Shown one piece after another: positions 9,850 to 20,367 of a stretch of 64,000 bases of DNA. Position 1 is the first letter of the stretch; each line of letters opens with the position of its first letter. Position numbers and translations under genes: made by a program. Location of the stretch: the NCBI GenBank assembly GCA_963666315.2, contig CAXXHG010000038.1:64001-128000 (forward strand), read 5' to 3'. This stretch comes from Candidatus Binatia bacterium. Lineage in GTDB: Bacteria; Desulfobacterota; Binatia; Bin18. The notes below the pieces were generated by a model. The model saw only the letters and a list, made by a program, of their open reading frames with translations. It did no database searches and was not told the origin of the DNA.

Positions 9850-11010
9850 GTGACTTCCCTATTATCCAACTATAAAAGAACTCTTCAGGTCTCCCTAGAA
9901 GACCATCAAGCCGCCTTTCTGTGGGGGCCGCGCAAGGTCGGGAAGACGACTCTCCTGCATCAGCAGTTTCCCTCTGCCAAGTTTTACGACCTGCTGAATA
10001 CTGATCTCAAAACACAGCTGATGTTACGCCCGGCGCTCTTGAGTGAAGAAGTGCTGGCCAGTCAGTATCCGCTGGTGATTGTTGACGAAGTCCAAAAAGT
10101 CCCAGCGCTCCTCGATGAGGTGCATTGGTGTATTGAAAACACGCCAACCCAGTTCATCCCGTGTGGCTCGAGCCCATGCAAACTGAAACGTGGGGCCGCG
10201 AATTTACTTGGCGGACGGGGGTGGCGGTTTGAGCTGTTTCCTCTGACCATACAGGAAATAGGAGCATACGATCTGGAACGGATCGTGAATCACGGTCTCA
10301 TTCCGCAGCACTATACAGCCAAAAAGCCAGAACGGAGCTTGCGTGGCTATGTCGTGGACTATCTCGAAGAGGAAATCCGGGCTGAGGCGCTGACACGCAA
10401 TATCCCGGCATTTGCTCAGTTTCTTGAAGCGGCCAGTCTGACGCATGGACAACTGCTGAATTATACGAATGTTGCGCGGGACTGCGGGGTGAGTGCGAAG
10501 ACCGTGCGTGAGTACTATCACATCTTAGAAGACACCCTCTTGGGCCATACTCTAGAGCCCTGGAGGAAACGGAAGGACCGCCGGCTTATTGAGACTGCGA
10601 AATTCTATCTCTTTGATCCAGGTGTCGCGCGCGCGTTAGCGGGAATGCGTCAGATCCAGGCTGGGAGCAGCGAGTTTGGTTATGCGTTCGAGCACTTTTT
10701 GTTGGAAGAGGTACGCGCGTATCTGAGCTATACGGAACAGTATCGCCCGGTGTCGTTTTGGCGCACGAGTATGGGTCTTGAAGTTGACGTCATAGTCGGA
10801 GACTTAGAGCTGGCCATTGAATGCAAGGCGGTTCCCCAGGTGGATGAACGCCATACCAAAGGGTTGCGAGCCCTGATGGAAGACCAGACGGTGAAACGGG
10901 CCATGGTCGTCAGCCTGGACGCCGCGCCGCGCCAGCTCGCTCGCGGCATTACTGTGTATCCATGGTCGGTCTTTTATCAGAAATTATGGGCCGGGGATTT
11001 GGGCGTATAG
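9850..11010 (+). CDS. AAA_14 ATPase with DUF4143 C-terminal domain
   Basis: GPRKVGKT, IVDEVQK, KFYLFDPG, EVDVIV...AIECK motifs. Confidence 0.9.
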   Translation: MTSLLSNYKRTLQVSLEDHQAAFLWGPRKVGKTTLLHQQFPSAKFYDLLNTDLKTQLMLRPALLSEEVLASQYPLVIVDEVQKVPALLDEVHWCIENTPTQFIPCGSSPCKLKRGAANLLGGRGWRFELFPLTIQEIGAYDLERIVNHGLIPQHYTAKKPERSLRGYVVDYLEEEIRAEALTRNIPAFAQFLEAASLTHGQLLNYTNVARDCGVSAKTVREYYHILEDTLLGHTLEPWRKRKDRRLIETAKFYLFDPGVARALAGMRQIQAGSSEFGYAFEHFLLEEVRAYLSYTEQYRPVSFWRTSMGLEVDVIVGDLELAIECKAVPQVDERHTKGLRALMEDQTVKRAMVVSLDAAPRQLARGITVYPWSVFYQKLWAGDLGV

Positions 11011-11152
11011 GAGCACTCCGCCGGCGACAGCGGGCAAGTACAGGGAAGTAATGGAGTCAGCGATTCAAGACGATCGGGAGACGGAAGCGCTGCGTTTGGC
11101 TCCGGTCGTACAGCGGGTATCCTTGAAAACAGATCTGTTAATCGAGTCTGCC

Positions 11153-11223
11153 CGGTCTGCCGCTGGATGATCCAACTCTGTCAATGGAGCAGGAGGAGTC
11201 CTCCCCGGCGTAGTGGATATCCT
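11153..11223 (+). repeat. Direct repeat copy 2
   Basis: CGGTCTGCCGCTGGATGATCCAACTCTGT...CCTCCCCGGCGTAGTGGATATCCT. Confidence 0.75.
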
Positions 11224-11438
11224 GCGGTAGCGAGAGCTGGGCTGGTGTCATTCCCGCCAATTCATCTCTGAGAGTAATGGCGCGCTGGCCTACCCTAAAC
11301 GGTATAAGTGGTCTCGGACACCGTTGCCCATTCGGGCGATTATGTCAGACTCTATGGCCGTCTGACGACCGCCTGGGGTGGGTGCCTGAGGCTCGTCATT
11401 CGTCATTTCGCTTGAAAAATCAGGGCAGTGTAGTGTGA

Positions 11439-11885
11439 GTGGTATGGCTGGTATTTCACTTGCTTTTTACTCGGAGCATGCCGCCTCTGAAATTTCTTTT
11501 CCTGATTTTCGGCTGTCTACTTTCTCTGAACTGGGCATCATTCTCAGACGCAGCGGCAGACGCAGCGAGTCCTACGAGGATACGCGTCCCTATGGCTCGC
11601 GTGGACACGCTTGATGAGAGGCTGCTGTGTAGCGTGACAAATACGCATAAGACCAAGACGGTGAGTGACACGCTGTATCTCGATGGCAATGATATACTGT
11701 TGCCGCCAACCCCGTTAGCCCCGGGCCAAACCCTATCCTTGGCTCTGAGCGGGGAACCGACCCAGGATCGACCCGGCTATTGTGAGGCTCAGATCTGGGG
11801 CTCTCCGCACTGGGTTGATGTGATCCTCGAAATCCACCCGCAAAACATGACTGCTCTCCTGCCTGAGGATGTAATTGTGAAGTAA
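11439..11885 (+). CDS. Hypothetical exported protein
   Basis: Signal-peptide-like N-terminus, two mature-region Cys, followed by a terminator. Confidence 0.55.
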   Translation: MVWLVFHLLFTRSMPPLKFLFLIFGCLLSLNWASFSDAAADAASPTRIRVPMARVDTLDERLLCSVTNTHKTKTVSDTLYLDGNDILLPPTPLAPGQTLSLALSGEPTQDRPGYCEAQIWGSPHWVDVILEIHPQNMTALLPEDVIVK

Positions 11886-11951
11886 GGTTACGTACTCTCT
11901 CGTAGTGTTGTTCCTCCCCTAGCTGTGTGCACACGGTGTCGTACGGCAGAG

Positions 11952-11987
11952 ACCGAGGCAGGTTGTGTGTCCTGCCTCGGTTTTTTT
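11952..11987 (+). terminator. Rho-independent terminator
   Basis: ACCGAGGCAGG / CCTGCCTCGGT stem followed by a T-run. Confidence 0.85.
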
Positions 11988-12099
11988 GTTTGCAGTTTGC
12001 GCACGCGTTTCACACGAGACAGCCCAAGGCCGACACTTTCATGCTGTCGTGTTGACAAGCCATCTTCCTAGCCGGGAAATCAAGGAATCAAGTATCTTT

Positions 12100-12852
12100 T
12101 TAGCTGCTAAGAATGGACTGTGTAGCCTGCTGTTTCCAGACGAGCCGGAGCACGAAGATTGCTGTCAAGACAAGGACATCCAGGCAGACATGGATGGCGG
12201 TCTGCATCTCGACGGATGCAACGTGTACGGTTGTGCCTAGTTGGACGAGAAACTCCGGCGCGTCGGGCTGATGGGCTGCGTGCTGCAGCAGCCTGTCTAG
12301 AATATATTGCTGCTGGTGTAAACTCGCGAGCTGGGTCCAATGGCCGTAGGCGAAAAAGACAAAGATCAGAGCACAGCCTGGAAAGAGGAGGCCTACTGTC
12401 CGAGACCCCCTGGGCAAATAGGCGAGCAAAGTGAGCAAGACTAGCAGCCCCAGGCTGACAACACTAAAGAGCAGCCATAACTGTCGGGCTGTCGTGGATT
12501 GCTGAAAAAATAAGAGCAGGATGTTCTGTTCCGTGACGATGGCCTGAGGGTTGAGACCGATTTGAGGCGGATCGATAGAAGGGTCTATGCCGAGCTCTGT
12601 TAGCGTATGGCCGGCCTCATCGACAAGACGAAAGCTCGCATCTGTGGGGGTCTTAGGTTTGTCAAATTCGACCGCCTCAACCGTCTCGGCTGCCTCAACC
12701 GGGCTGCTGTTAGCACTCCAGCAGAATAGGTCGGGTAGGCCGATCAGGACAGTCAGCAGAACCGTCGGCACTAGAGCTGGGTGTGGTATTGTACGTATCT
12801 GCATGGGCGTTAGTCTATAATCCCTCCTTTCTTTGTGCCAGAAGCGCAGCAT
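12100..12852 (-). CDS. Hypothetical membrane protein
   Basis: 250-aa ORF with 3-4 hydrophobic segments. Confidence 0.55.
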   Translation of the reverse strand: MLRFWHKERRDYRLTPMQIRTIPHPALVPTVLLTVLIGLPDLFCWSANSSPVEAAETVEAVEFDKPKTPTDASFRLVDEAGHTLTELGIDPSIDPPQIGLNPQAIVTEQNILLLFFQQSTTARQLWLLFSVVSLGLLVLLTLLAYLPRGSRTVGLLFPGCALIFVFFAYGHWTQLASLHQQQYILDRLLQHAAHQPDAPEFLVQLGTTVHVASVEMQTAIHVCLDVLVLTAIFVLRLVWKQQATQSILSS

Positions 12853-13095
12853 TCATGCTGGATCGTCGCCAGCCCGATAGATTTCGTAGCTGTAGTTACG
12901 AATGCGTCCGCTCTCGAAATCGATGAGTTCCCAGACATTCAGGATCACCGCGCTGTCGAAGCTTATCTGTCCTTCGAGCTTAGCGAGTGCAGCACCGATG
13001 GGGGCGAGCACTAATGTTGAGTGCTGGATGTTTGCATAACGCTCTGGCAGCGAGTAAATGAGTTCACTATAGGTCTGAAAATCTCGTATGGACAC
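12853..13095 (-). pseudogene. Truncated DUF6516-like (TA-associated) gene
   Basis: YSELIYSL...VWELIDF...RIRNYSYE resembles the family N-terminus; the His-rich C-terminal half is absent. Confidence 0.5.
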
Positions 13096-13178
13096 TACGA
13101 CGCTCCGCTGGTCGCGCTTTCGGGAACCAGATGGAGAGCACCAAGGCCCGCTTTCACACGCAGCTTGCGTAGATCTAA

Positions 13179-13282
13179 GTGCCTATCGGAATAACCATAG
13201 GCGCCCGGTTCTGTCATTCTGAGCGCAGCGAAGAATCTCTCCCAAGGCGTGGAGGTGAGATGTTGCGCTGCGCTCAACATGC
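13179..13282. repeat. MITE/REP-like element
   Basis: TGTCATTCTGAGCGCAGCGAAGAATCTC...GAGATGTTGCGCTGCGCTCAACATG imperfect palindrome. Confidence 0.7.
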
Positions 13283-13367
13283 CCAAGGCTTCTTGTTTGA
13301 GCATGCCGGCGCTAGCAATCCAGTGACTCAGCCCTCGCACTCGACGATTCTGACTGGGACGTATCCG

Positions 13368-13646
13368 CTAGTGCATGGGGTGCTCGACCGTATACATGTG
13401 CTGGGGGAGATAGGTATCTTGTGATCCGCGGAACAAGAGCGAAAATGGATCTCGGCGGATATAGTCGGGGTCGTCATCTGTCGCATAGGCGGGCAGCGCC
13501 TTGGCCTCAATCAGCTCCACTGCCAGCGTATGTTGCTGCGCATTTTCCTGTGCATTTTCCTCATGAACGATAATCCGAGACGTTTTGCCAATAGCCTCTG
13601 CAAACAGAGCCAGATTGATCTTGCTCGGGTCGATCATTATGTCCAT
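13368..13646 (-). pseudogene. DUF6916-like protein, 3'-truncated
   Basis: RDPFSLLFRG..YLPQHMYTVEHP, ending abruptly at a junction with a sulfatase-like fragment. Confidence 0.5.
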
Positions 13647-13690
13647 CCTTGTGTACGGAAAAATATCACCTGAAGTGTATTGATGAGGCG

Positions 13691-14893
13691 TTAGGCTGCT
13701 TTGAGTGCTAACGGCAGGCGATCAAAGCCGAAGATAATATAGCTGGTTGTTTGCCGTTCGGCGGGCGCTGTGCCGCGGGTCAAAACCGGAAAACGATCCA
13801 AAAAAGCGTTGAGTGTGATCTTGGTTTCGACGCGAGCCAACGGAGCACCTAAGCAATAGTGTATACCTGATCCAAACGCGACGTGATGCCGCAGGTCTCG
13901 ATCAAGCCGGAATGCATCCGGCTCAGGAAAGGCTGCGGGATCGCGGTTTGCCGCGCCGTAAAAAAGCGTGATGCGATCTCCCTGGGCGATAGACTGACCC
14001 GAGACCTCAACATCCCGTGCGGCCACCCGGAACAGCCGCTGCACCGGACTCGTAAAGCGCAAGGTTTCTTCAATCACCGGCTCTACCAGGCTGCGGTCAG
14101 CGCGTAGCTGTTGCCATAATTCCGGTCGGTCAGCCAGCAGGTTGAGCAGATTGCCCAAGAGGCTGGTGGTTGTTTCATTGCCGGCTATCAGCAGTAATAT
14201 GCAAAAGCCCAAGATCTCCCACTCCTGCAGCGACTCCCCCTCGACCTCCGCTTCCACCAGAGCGGTGATCAAATCCGGCGCTCCCTGCTCGCGCCGGACG
14301 GCGGCTATCTTGCCAAAATAAGCCACCATATCCTGCAGGTGTGTGGTCCGCTGCTCGTCGTTGCTCATGGGTTTGACCGAGAGAAAGGCATCCGACCACT
14401 GTTTAAAGGTCACGTAGTCTTCGCCCGGAATACCCAAGAGCCGAGCAATGACCTTGACCGGCAGGGGGACGGTGTAGGCCTCAATGACCTCAACGTCTCC
14501 ACACGGCATGACATCCAGAAGATCGCGGGCGACCTGAGTGATCCACGGGCTTAGTTCCTCGGTTCGTTTGAAGGTAAACGCCTGGTTGACTAGACGCCGG
14601 AAGCGCGTATGGCGGGGCGGGTCATCCTGCAGCAAAACCAGTGGTGGGCCGAATTGGCCGGCCATCGAGCTTTGGGATGAAAAGGTCGCGTGATCGCGCA
14701 ACGCGCCGTACACATCCGCATAGCGCAGGAAACCCCACGACTTAAGCCCAGTCTCAGCCCCAGCGACACTGCGGGCCGGCAGGCTCGTATAACGAACGGG
14801 CGACTCATCCCGCAACGCATGGTAGAGCGGGTAGGGGTCGGCCAGCATGGCTTTGGTCATGAGCTGCTCTGGTGTAGACAGATTCGTTGGCAT
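13691..14893 (-). CDS. Cytochrome P450
   Basis: AGNETT, EETLR, FGSGIHYCLG heme-binding motif. Confidence 0.95.
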   Translation of the reverse strand: MPTNLSTPEQLMTKAMLADPYPLYHALRDESPVRYTSLPARSVAGAETGLKSWGFLRYADVYGALRDHATFSSQSSMAGQFGPPLVLLQDDPPRHTRFRRLVNQAFTFKRTEELSPWITQVARDLLDVMPCGDVEVIEAYTVPLPVKVIARLLGIPGEDYVTFKQWSDAFLSVKPMSNDEQRTTHLQDMVAYFGKIAAVRREQGAPDLITALVEAEVEGESLQEWEILGFCILLLIAGNETTTSLLGNLLNLLADRPELWQQLRADRSLVEPVIEETLRFTSPVQRLFRVAARDVEVSGQSIAQGDRITLFYGAANRDPAAFPEPDAFRLDRDLRHHVAFGSGIHYCLGAPLARVETKITLNAFLDRFPVLTRGTAPAERQTTSYIIFGFDRLPLALKAA

Positions 14894-14914
14894 GGCGATT
14901 CTCCGCGCGGGTGC

Positions 14915-15802
14915 TTACAGTCCGTCCAGGATTTTCGCCCGCTTTTTTGCGTACTCCGCGTCAGACAGATAGCCTTTGTCGCGCAAACGCCCCACCTCGT
15001 CCAAACGTTCTTCGGTGGACACGTATTGTACCGCAAGGCCGGAGGCGAACGCGCTCCCGTCGGTCCGTGTTTTATACCGGGCCTTGATAATCGCGTCGAC
15101 CTGATTGCCGTATTTGCTGAGCGCATGCTCACTCAGTTTATTAAACAAGCCCGTGCGGCTCGTATCCGCCTCGTCACCCTTGAACCAGGATGTGGGTGCC
15201 TCCCACAGTGTCTGGGTCAGCGTTTTTTCCTTGAGCTTGACACTTGCCCGGACTTTGCCCAGCTTCCGATACGGCCGCACGGGCGTCCCGGCAGTGACTA
15301 CCACGTCGGCGGGTGCTTTTTTGCCGGAGTAGTCCCGTTGCCGCTGTGCGATTTTCACCGCCTGCTTAGGCGGTTCATAGTGCGTTGTGACAGTGGCCTT
15401 GAGAGGGGCGAGCAACCGTTCCGGCAGGGCGGCCATCCCGGTTCCGACCAAAATGGTGCTCCCGCCATCGGGGGCACTTTCAATGAAGACGTTTTGCTCT
15501 GAGCGTCCGGGCGGCTCGTTCGGGTCGCGCACTGTGACGATCCAGCGTCCGTCGTTTTTTACCGCCTTTTGCTTGGGCGCCCAGCCTTCGGCTTTAGCCG
15601 TTTTGATAAGCAGCGCTGCCAGTTGTTGGGGTGGGGGCGAGAAGTGGGCAGTCTTTGACACAGCGTCCAGTTGCCCCTCGTCCTTGAGGGCTGAAGCGGA
15701 TGTGCCGGGACTCGACAATTTCGGAATGATGCTCTTACTGCATCCCGGCACACTCAGCAGGAGGAGCGAGACACAGAAATAAACCAAAACCATACGGATC
15801 AT
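14915..15802 (-). CDS. Lipoprotein with C-terminal SHOCT domain
   Basis: Lipobox VPGC; LRDKGYLSDAEYAKKRAKIL. Confidence 0.75.
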   Translation of the reverse strand: MIRMVLVYFCVSLLLLSVPGCSKSIIPKLSSPGTSASALKDEGQLDAVSKTAHFSPPPQQLAALLIKTAKAEGWAPKQKAVKNDGRWIVTVRDPNEPPGRSEQNVFIESAPDGGSTILVGTGMAALPERLLAPLKATVTTHYEPPKQAVKIAQRQRDYSGKKAPADVVVTAGTPVRPYRKLGKVRASVKLKEKTLTQTLWEAPTSWFKGDEADTSRTGLFNKLSEHALSKYGNQVDAIIKARYKTRTDGSAFASGLAVQYVSTEERLDEVGRLRDKGYLSDAEYAKKRAKILDGL

Positions 15803-16027
15803 CCTTTCTCTCTTATCGTTCGTGTTGTGTTCGTCGTATCCCCTCTCAGTGGTGGGGGAGACGTGGCCCCGATTCTATGGCAAGTGGAGGACGGGGACAA
15901 CTCGGGCGGGCTACGCCGATTGCCGCAGACCGGATCTTGGGTCAGTTCCGTCACGAATGGGGAGGTTGGGAGCTGTCACGCGGGAAGATGGCATTCCGAG
16001 AGACGATGTATCGTGAGAGGAGGTTAA

Positions 16028-16683
16028 TGAGGATGGGCAAATATATGGGGCAATTCCTGACCATGCTCGTGCTGCTCGTGCTGTTTCTGGTGCTGCCTAG
16101 GCAGGCGTATACGCAGGAGAGCGAACAACTATCCCAGAGCGTGCAGGAGAAGAGAGACCAAAGACAGCGCTTCTTGCAGCTGTCACCAGGGGAGCGGCTG
16201 GCATGGGCGATGGGCGACATTACGGTTGAGAGCCTGAATGGGCTGTGGATTTTTTCAACCTCATCGAAAGCGATCATCAATCGCTACGAGTTGACGAAGC
16301 TGCATGAGGACGGGCCTATTCTGTTTTTGGAAGGCATAGATCTTGATGAAGGGACGCCCGTGGTGCTATTCCACCACTCGGCCGTGGAAGACATCGATAA
16401 GAAAAATGCGTTTGTATTAATCGATCCGGACGAAGAGGGCTGCGACGTCTTTTTTTTATATCGATCCAAGCCGCATTCGGCTAAAGGTGAGCACTATCGT
16501 TCGGAGACGCAGTGTCAAGCTATAGCTGGACAGGCGGAAATGCTCACTGCCGGTCGCAATCCGAAGTCGTTTCGCAAGCCAGGCCAAACACAGGTAAAGC
16601 GGCCCGCGGCTGAAAAAACACCAGCCCAGTCAGCGGAGACGACAGACACGGACGCCGAGGGTCAAACTGGAGAGTCAAACTGA
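16028..16683 (+). CDS. Hypothetical exported protein
   Basis: GGAGG RBS before ATG 16028; hydrophobic signal peptide. Confidence 0.6.
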
Positions 16684-17169
16684 CTGCTGCCGAGGAGCCA
16701 CCCACCCCATGCTGCCTATTACTCCTCCAGGAAACCTGTACAGAACCTCCGCGCAGGGGAGCTGCGAAGTTTTCCGCTATACGGGACTATTCTCTGTGTT
16801 CGCTGCAGCGGCGTCATTCTGGTCCGAGATAGGCGCTGCTGGCTGCTGCGATTGTGGTCCGAGTTCCCGTCTCTTTGTGCCTGAAAGAAAATTTGAGCTT
16901 TTGGACGAACTCAGCCCGAATATGCGTGGCGAGTGTACGTTTTGACGTGCCGAAATCTTGCTGGTCGGCCAGTTTGTCTAACACGGATTTGAGTAAGCCT
17001 GCCAGTCCGCCAAGAATATCCTCGAATTGCTTGCCAGCAGAATGAGCTGAATCAGCTAAAGCAGATTGTCAGACTTGCTCGCGCGGCAACTGCGTCTCCC
17101 GGGTCTCCTTGACGAGATTGTCAATGAATTGATTGGTGCTTTCGGCTGTAATAGGCGTTTGTCCCGGAG

Positions 17170-17912
17170 CGAGTGACTCAGAGACCGGGCTCGAAGTTGT
17201 CACCCAGATGAAGGCACATCCGCAGCTGGCTAGGAGTCCAGTCATCATGCAAACCGGGGCTACGGCAACGGAACAAGTCGTTGAGGGGATACAGGCCGGA
17301 GTATCTTACTATCTCACCAAACCGTTTGAGCCTGAGGTCTTGCTGTCCCTCATACAGGCGGCATCACGGGACGCGGCTGATGTCGATGCGTTGCAGGCCG
17401 AAGTCCGCACGTATCAGTCTATGCTCGAACTCGTAGAGCAAAGTGACTTTAGCTTTCGTACTCTGGCACAAGCCCATGCCTTGGCCGCATTTTTGTCTGC
17501 CTTCTCTCCTGATCCTGAACGGGTTGTGCTGGGATTGTTGGAGATGCTGCTCAATGCCGTAGAGCACGGGAATGTTGAGATTACGTACGAGGAAAAGACC
17601 CGTCTGGTGGCGGAGGGAACGTGGGAGCAAGAAGTGCTGTGGCGCCTTGCTTTGCCTGAGAACGCGGACAAAAAAGTGCACGTTCATTATGAAAAGACAC
17701 CACACGAAATCCTGCTCAGTATCACGGATGAGGGCCAGGGGTTTGACTGGGCGCGGTATCTTGATCTTTCGCTGGAGCGGGCGAACCACTCTCACGGGCG
17801 CGGCATAGCCATGTCTAAGATGCTAAGCTTCCACGAGATTCTCTATCTGGGCTGTGGCAATCAGGTTGTGTGCAAAGTCAATTTGGCGCGAGACGAAGAA
17901 GTCGAATCGTAG
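17170..17912 (+). pseudogene. Response regulator REC + HATPase_c protein, 5'-truncated
   Basis: GLEV...PVIMQTG...YLTKPF, then EMLLNAVEHG, DEGQGF, GRGI; the acidic pocket and phospho-Asp segment are missing. Confidence 0.7.
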
Positions 17913-17961
17913 TGCTCAAGCCCGGTGGACAGGCCACCCAATCGTCCACGCTGCCGAGTAT

Positions 17962-18743
17962 TCATCTTTTGCCCGCAAGGACTTCGACACGAGTCCCGAC
18001 TGCTATGGTTCCGGTACTCCGGTGGATAATATTCTGCCCGAAAAAGACCTTGGCACCAGCGCGACGATACGTCGCCAGCGTGCGGAGCGGCTCAACGCCA
18101 CGTGCGCCTGTGGTTTGGTCGGTAGTGGTCACCGCACAACGGTCGCACGGTTTGGCCACATCGAAGACAATGCTGCCGATCTTCAACTGTTGCCAATCGT
18201 CTTCGCCAAAGCGGTCGCAGCCTGCGACCACCAGGTTGGGACGGAAGCGGTTCATGGGCAGGGGAGTGTCGAGTCGGGCGTTGAGATCGTCTAACGAAGC
18301 CTCAGAAATAAGGAGCAGAGGAAAGCCATCAGAGTAGCCAGTGATGGCCGGCGTCTGGGTATAGCTTGGGTTCACCTGACGCTTGTAGTCGTCGGCCATT
18401 TTGACCAGCCGTACGGATTCGCCTAGCCAGTCTGAAAAGAACTGCGCTGCTTCGTCGCCTTGATCGACCGCTTCACACCGATCGCGCCAGACGCGGACGT
18501 GTCGTATTGGTCCGGAGCTGCCAGCCGTTAGCACGGCCAGCGTGTGTCCCTCAGACGTTGTGAGCCGGAGTCTATCGGCATCAAGCTGGGGTGTGATAAG
18601 CGCCAGGCGGGGATGCTGTCGTTGAGTCACGAACTCGTCGTGCCCATCCACGCGCATCTAATACGATGTGCTCATACGCGATGCCGGCGCACGACTTCAC
18701 CGGATAGACCTGGAGTGCTACGCCCTCTTTGGCCGTATTCCAT
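17962..18743 (-). pseudogene. MOSC-domain protein, disrupted N-terminus
   Basis: RFRPNLVV, KPCDRC, FGQN motifs; YPVKSCAG is in another frame and the DRRWM segment is absent. Confidence 0.75.
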
Positions 18744-18752
18744 TTCTCCTGA

Positions 18753-20285
18753 TTATTGCTGCGGTGGCGGCGGAGCAGCAAACACGTGTTTCTCAAATGC
18801 ATCCGCTGCTCGGAGTACGGTTCCCTCATCGCCGTGCCGACTGACCAGCATCATGCCAACCGGCAGTCCTTCTGAGACTGCGCACGGAATGCTGATGGCC
18901 GGATGCCCGCTGACATCGAACGGGCACGTATTGGGAAGCATCTCAAGCGCTCGCTCGACATATTCCTCTCGGCTGGCGTCTGGAGCCGGAATGAGGGTCG
19001 CTTTCATGGGCAAGGTTGGCATGACCAGTACGTCGTAGTCCTGCAGGGCGGCATCATATGCAGCGGTGAGCGAACGGGCTATGTTTTGCGCCTTCGCATA
19101 ATACCGGCCGTGATAGTTCTCCTGCATATACCGACCGAGTAAGACCACGAGCTTGACGGTTTCAGACAGATCGTTGGCACGAGTCAGCCGACCCCGCGCT
19201 GCGGCATTAAGCAGGCTGGTGGTGTAATGGCCCTTCCAATTCGTGCCCATGCCGCCGCCTTCGACCATGAGCAGGGTCGGGCCTTCAATGGCAATACCAT
19301 TCCATATATGGATGCCCTCCAGATGCCACGGAATGGAGACCGTTTTGACTGACGCGCCGAGTTTTTCGAACGCTTGCGCCGCCTCTCTGACGCTGTCGTC
19401 TACATCTTGCTGTGACACGTCCCAGCCAAAACCTTCTTCTACAATGCCGATCCGCAACCCTTGAATATTCCCAGTCAGGGCCTGTGTGTACGCCTGTCTG
19501 TGTAGCCCTGCTTGTTGGCGTGGATCGAGCCCGTCCGGGCCGGCAAGGACCTCAAGCAGCAGGGCGATGTCGTGTACCGTGCGCGCCATTGGGCCTGTAT
19601 GGTCGAGGGTGATTTCAATGGGCATGATGCCAGTGTAGGGAACCAATCCATACGTGGGCTTGAGGCCGTAGATGCCACACCATGAGGCGGGCATCCGAAT
19701 TGATCCGCCTTGGTCACCCCCAATGGCCATGTCTACAATGCCGGCAGTGACGAGCGCGCCACTGCCGCTGGAAGAGCCGCCGGTTGTACGGCTGGGGTCG
19801 TGCGGATTCCGAACCGGACCGGTTGCACTGGTGTGACTGCCGCCTGAAAAGCACAAATTCTCACACACCGCCTTGCCAAGAATATGTCCGCCCGCCTCAA
19901 GGATGCGGGTGACTATGGTTGCATCTATTTCAGGCGTATAGCCTTCGAGGATGTGGCTGCCATTCATCATGGGTACGCCGGCCACGCAGACGTTATCTTT
20001 GATCGCCAGGGTCTTGCCTGCCAGGGGGCCGGCTGGGGCTCCTTGGATGTCGGTTCGCCAATACCAGGCACCGAGTGGATTGTCCTCAGGTTGAGGGCGA
20101 AAGCCGGGCATGCGAGGATAGCTGACGGGTAAGCTTGGTTCAGTGAGTTCATCCAGGCGAGCATAGGAGGCCAGCACGCCGCTCATCAGTCCTTGAAAAG
20201 ATTCAAGATCCTGCTCGGTTAAACTCAGCGCATAGCCCGCTGCGATATCGGCTAACTCTTCAATACTCGGACGCTTGACTGCCAT
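18753..20285 (-). CDS. Amidase (amidase-signature family)
   Basis: AIKDN, GGSSSGS, GGDQGGSIRMPA motifs. Confidence 0.95.
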   Translation of the reverse strand: MAVKRPSIEELADIAAGYALSLTEQDLESFQGLMSGVLASYARLDELTEPSLPVSYPRMPGFRPQPEDNPLGAWYWRTDIQGAPAGPLAGKTLAIKDNVCVAGVPMMNGSHILEGYTPEIDATIVTRILEAGGHILGKAVCENLCFSGGSHTSATGPVRNPHDPSRTTGGSSSGSGALVTAGIVDMAIGGDQGGSIRMPASWCGIYGLKPTYGLVPYTGIMPIEITLDHTGPMARTVHDIALLLEVLAGPDGLDPRQQAGLHRQAYTQALTGNIQGLRIGIVEEGFGWDVSQQDVDDSVREAAQAFEKLGASVKTVSIPWHLEGIHIWNGIAIEGPTLLMVEGGGMGTNWKGHYTTSLLNAAARGRLTRANDLSETVKLVVLLGRYMQENYHGRYYAKAQNIARSLTAAYDAALQDYDVLVMPTLPMKATLIPAPDASREEYVERALEMLPNTCPFDVSGHPAISIPCAVSEGLPVGMMLVSRHGDEGTVLRAADAFEKHVFAAPPPPQQ

Positions 20286-20367
20286 AATTCTGATCTCCTC
20301 TGCTCGATATTGGATTGCGATAAGATTCTACGTAGCATAAATAGAATACAAGACCATCACGACCAGT

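Noticed and set aside
11250-11400. Several small hairpins upstream of ORF 11439 as a riboswitch
   Set aside because: No recognisable aptamer consensus; an Rfam/Infernal scan would be needed.
6620-13223. Composite transposon bounded by the 43-45 bp inverted repeats
   Set aside because: There is no transposase, and the repeat bodies extend outward. Two separate MITE/REP copies explain this better.
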